A DNA stretch of 64,000 bases from Selaginella moellendorffii (Eukaryota > Plantae > Lycopodiophyta). Position 1 is the first letter of the stretch, and every line of letters begins with the position of its first letter. The position numbers were made by a program, and so were the translations under genes. Below are positions 63,067 through 64,000 of this stretch, in pieces. The notes beneath the pieces were generated by a model, which was given only the letters and a program-made list of their open reading frames with translations, did not search any database and was not told the DNA's origin. The DNA lies in the NCBI RefSeq assembly GCF_000143415.4, contig NW_003314279.1, positions 496,130-560,129 on the forward strand, given 5' to 3'.

Positions 63067-64000
63067 CTACTCTGAAGTTAGCTCTGTTGCGCTCTTGGGA
63101 ATGTGAATGGTAAGCAAGCCATTCCGCAAAAATGCTCTAGCCTTCTTCAGGTCAGCAGTAGAGGGAAGGTTGAACTTCCTTTGCTTGAAGATGTTGGCGC
63201 TGGTCTTTACGGTGAGTTGATCCGGACCTGAACATACCACAATCACTTTCTCTCGTGACAAGCCTGCACAATTGCAAAACCAAAAGCTCTTGGGAAAGCG
63301 TGGAAGTCTTAAGAGACATACCTGGAACTTCGATATAAAGGGTGTGGTGATGCTCCTCATCTACAATAGTTGCCTCGAGACGTTTGTTCGTGGCTGTAGC
63401 AGAGAATAAAAAAAGGAAATTAGTGGAGGTAAAAAGAAAAACAGAAAAATACTCATGTCCAGCTCAGCCTCATCACGGTCCTCAATTGGCACTGTCGAAG
63501 CTGTCCGTTTGAGCGCAGCAGCCCCCTTGGGAAAGCGAATAGTGAGAATCTCATCCTGGAGATTCACTATTGCACCATCGACATTGGCGTGAGTAGGAAC
63601 CACAAGGTTCTCGGGGCGGAATACGTCCTTCTCCGTGGAAACATGCACGCCCTGTCCATCTTTTGCAACACGCACTTGATCCAGAGATGTGAGACCTGTA
63701 CAATAGTAGGCAAGAATAAGAAAATTTATTGAGATATGTCTGCAAATGACTTTACCGGGCACTTGCACATCGACAGTGTAGAACTGCTGGTTCTCGAATG
63801 ACGAGCACAAGAGCTTGCGCTTGTCATATCCTGCAAGCCACAGCAAGGAGAAATAAAAAACTCCAGGCAGGATCAAAGCCATACCTTTATTGTGCTTGAG
63901 GCAGTTTAGCAGTAGTTGGTGTGCATGTTTCTTCTCAAAGTTGTAGAGAGCAATGAGGCCTCCGTGCTGAGAGAACTGTGGGAGTCCCCCGGCATCAGCC
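63067..64000 (-). CDS. Alpha-crystallin/HSP20-domain protein with two ACD-like domains (5' end outside window)
   Basis: YTVDVQVPGL..VPTHANVDGAIVNLQDEILTIRFPK and FNLPSTADLKKARAFLRNGLLTIHIPK; GT-AG introns. Confidence 0.75.

Overview
Eukaryotic plant genomic DNA with dense genes, many ~45-60 nt GT-AG introns, PLS/DYW-class PPR genes and a microbial-type terpene synthase remnant. This combination points to a lycophyte such as Selaginella (inference). From left to right: an AT-rich block with an intronless ORF ending in a bulb-type lectin domain; a class III peroxidase; a subtilase; an ATL RING-H2 ligase; RRP5; an orphan coiled-coil ORF; fumarylacetoacetase; a divergent pair of an AT-hook-repeat gene and a transposon-ORF-like gene; a kinase-only MAPKKK; an SCEP1-like coiled-coil gene; a second transposon-ORF-like paralog; four tightly packed PPR genes; an MTPSL pseudogene; a second subtilase; and a KANSL1/NSL1-like PEHE gene. 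A ~15 kb AT-rich repeat island follows, containing a decayed Ty3/gypsy element, nested LTR copies, an intact 553-bp 5S-rRNA-carrying Cassandra-like TRIM with a perfect 5-bp TSD, and its solo LTR. The island is bracketed by an F-box pseudogene and an intact F-box gene. A PPR gene and a partial tandem alpha-crystallin gene end the window. The most notable items are the Cassandra-like 5S-TRIM, the KANSL1-like protein, the two transposon-ORF-like paralogs and the lectin-fusion ORF. All family assignments come from motif recognition by eye, not from database searches.
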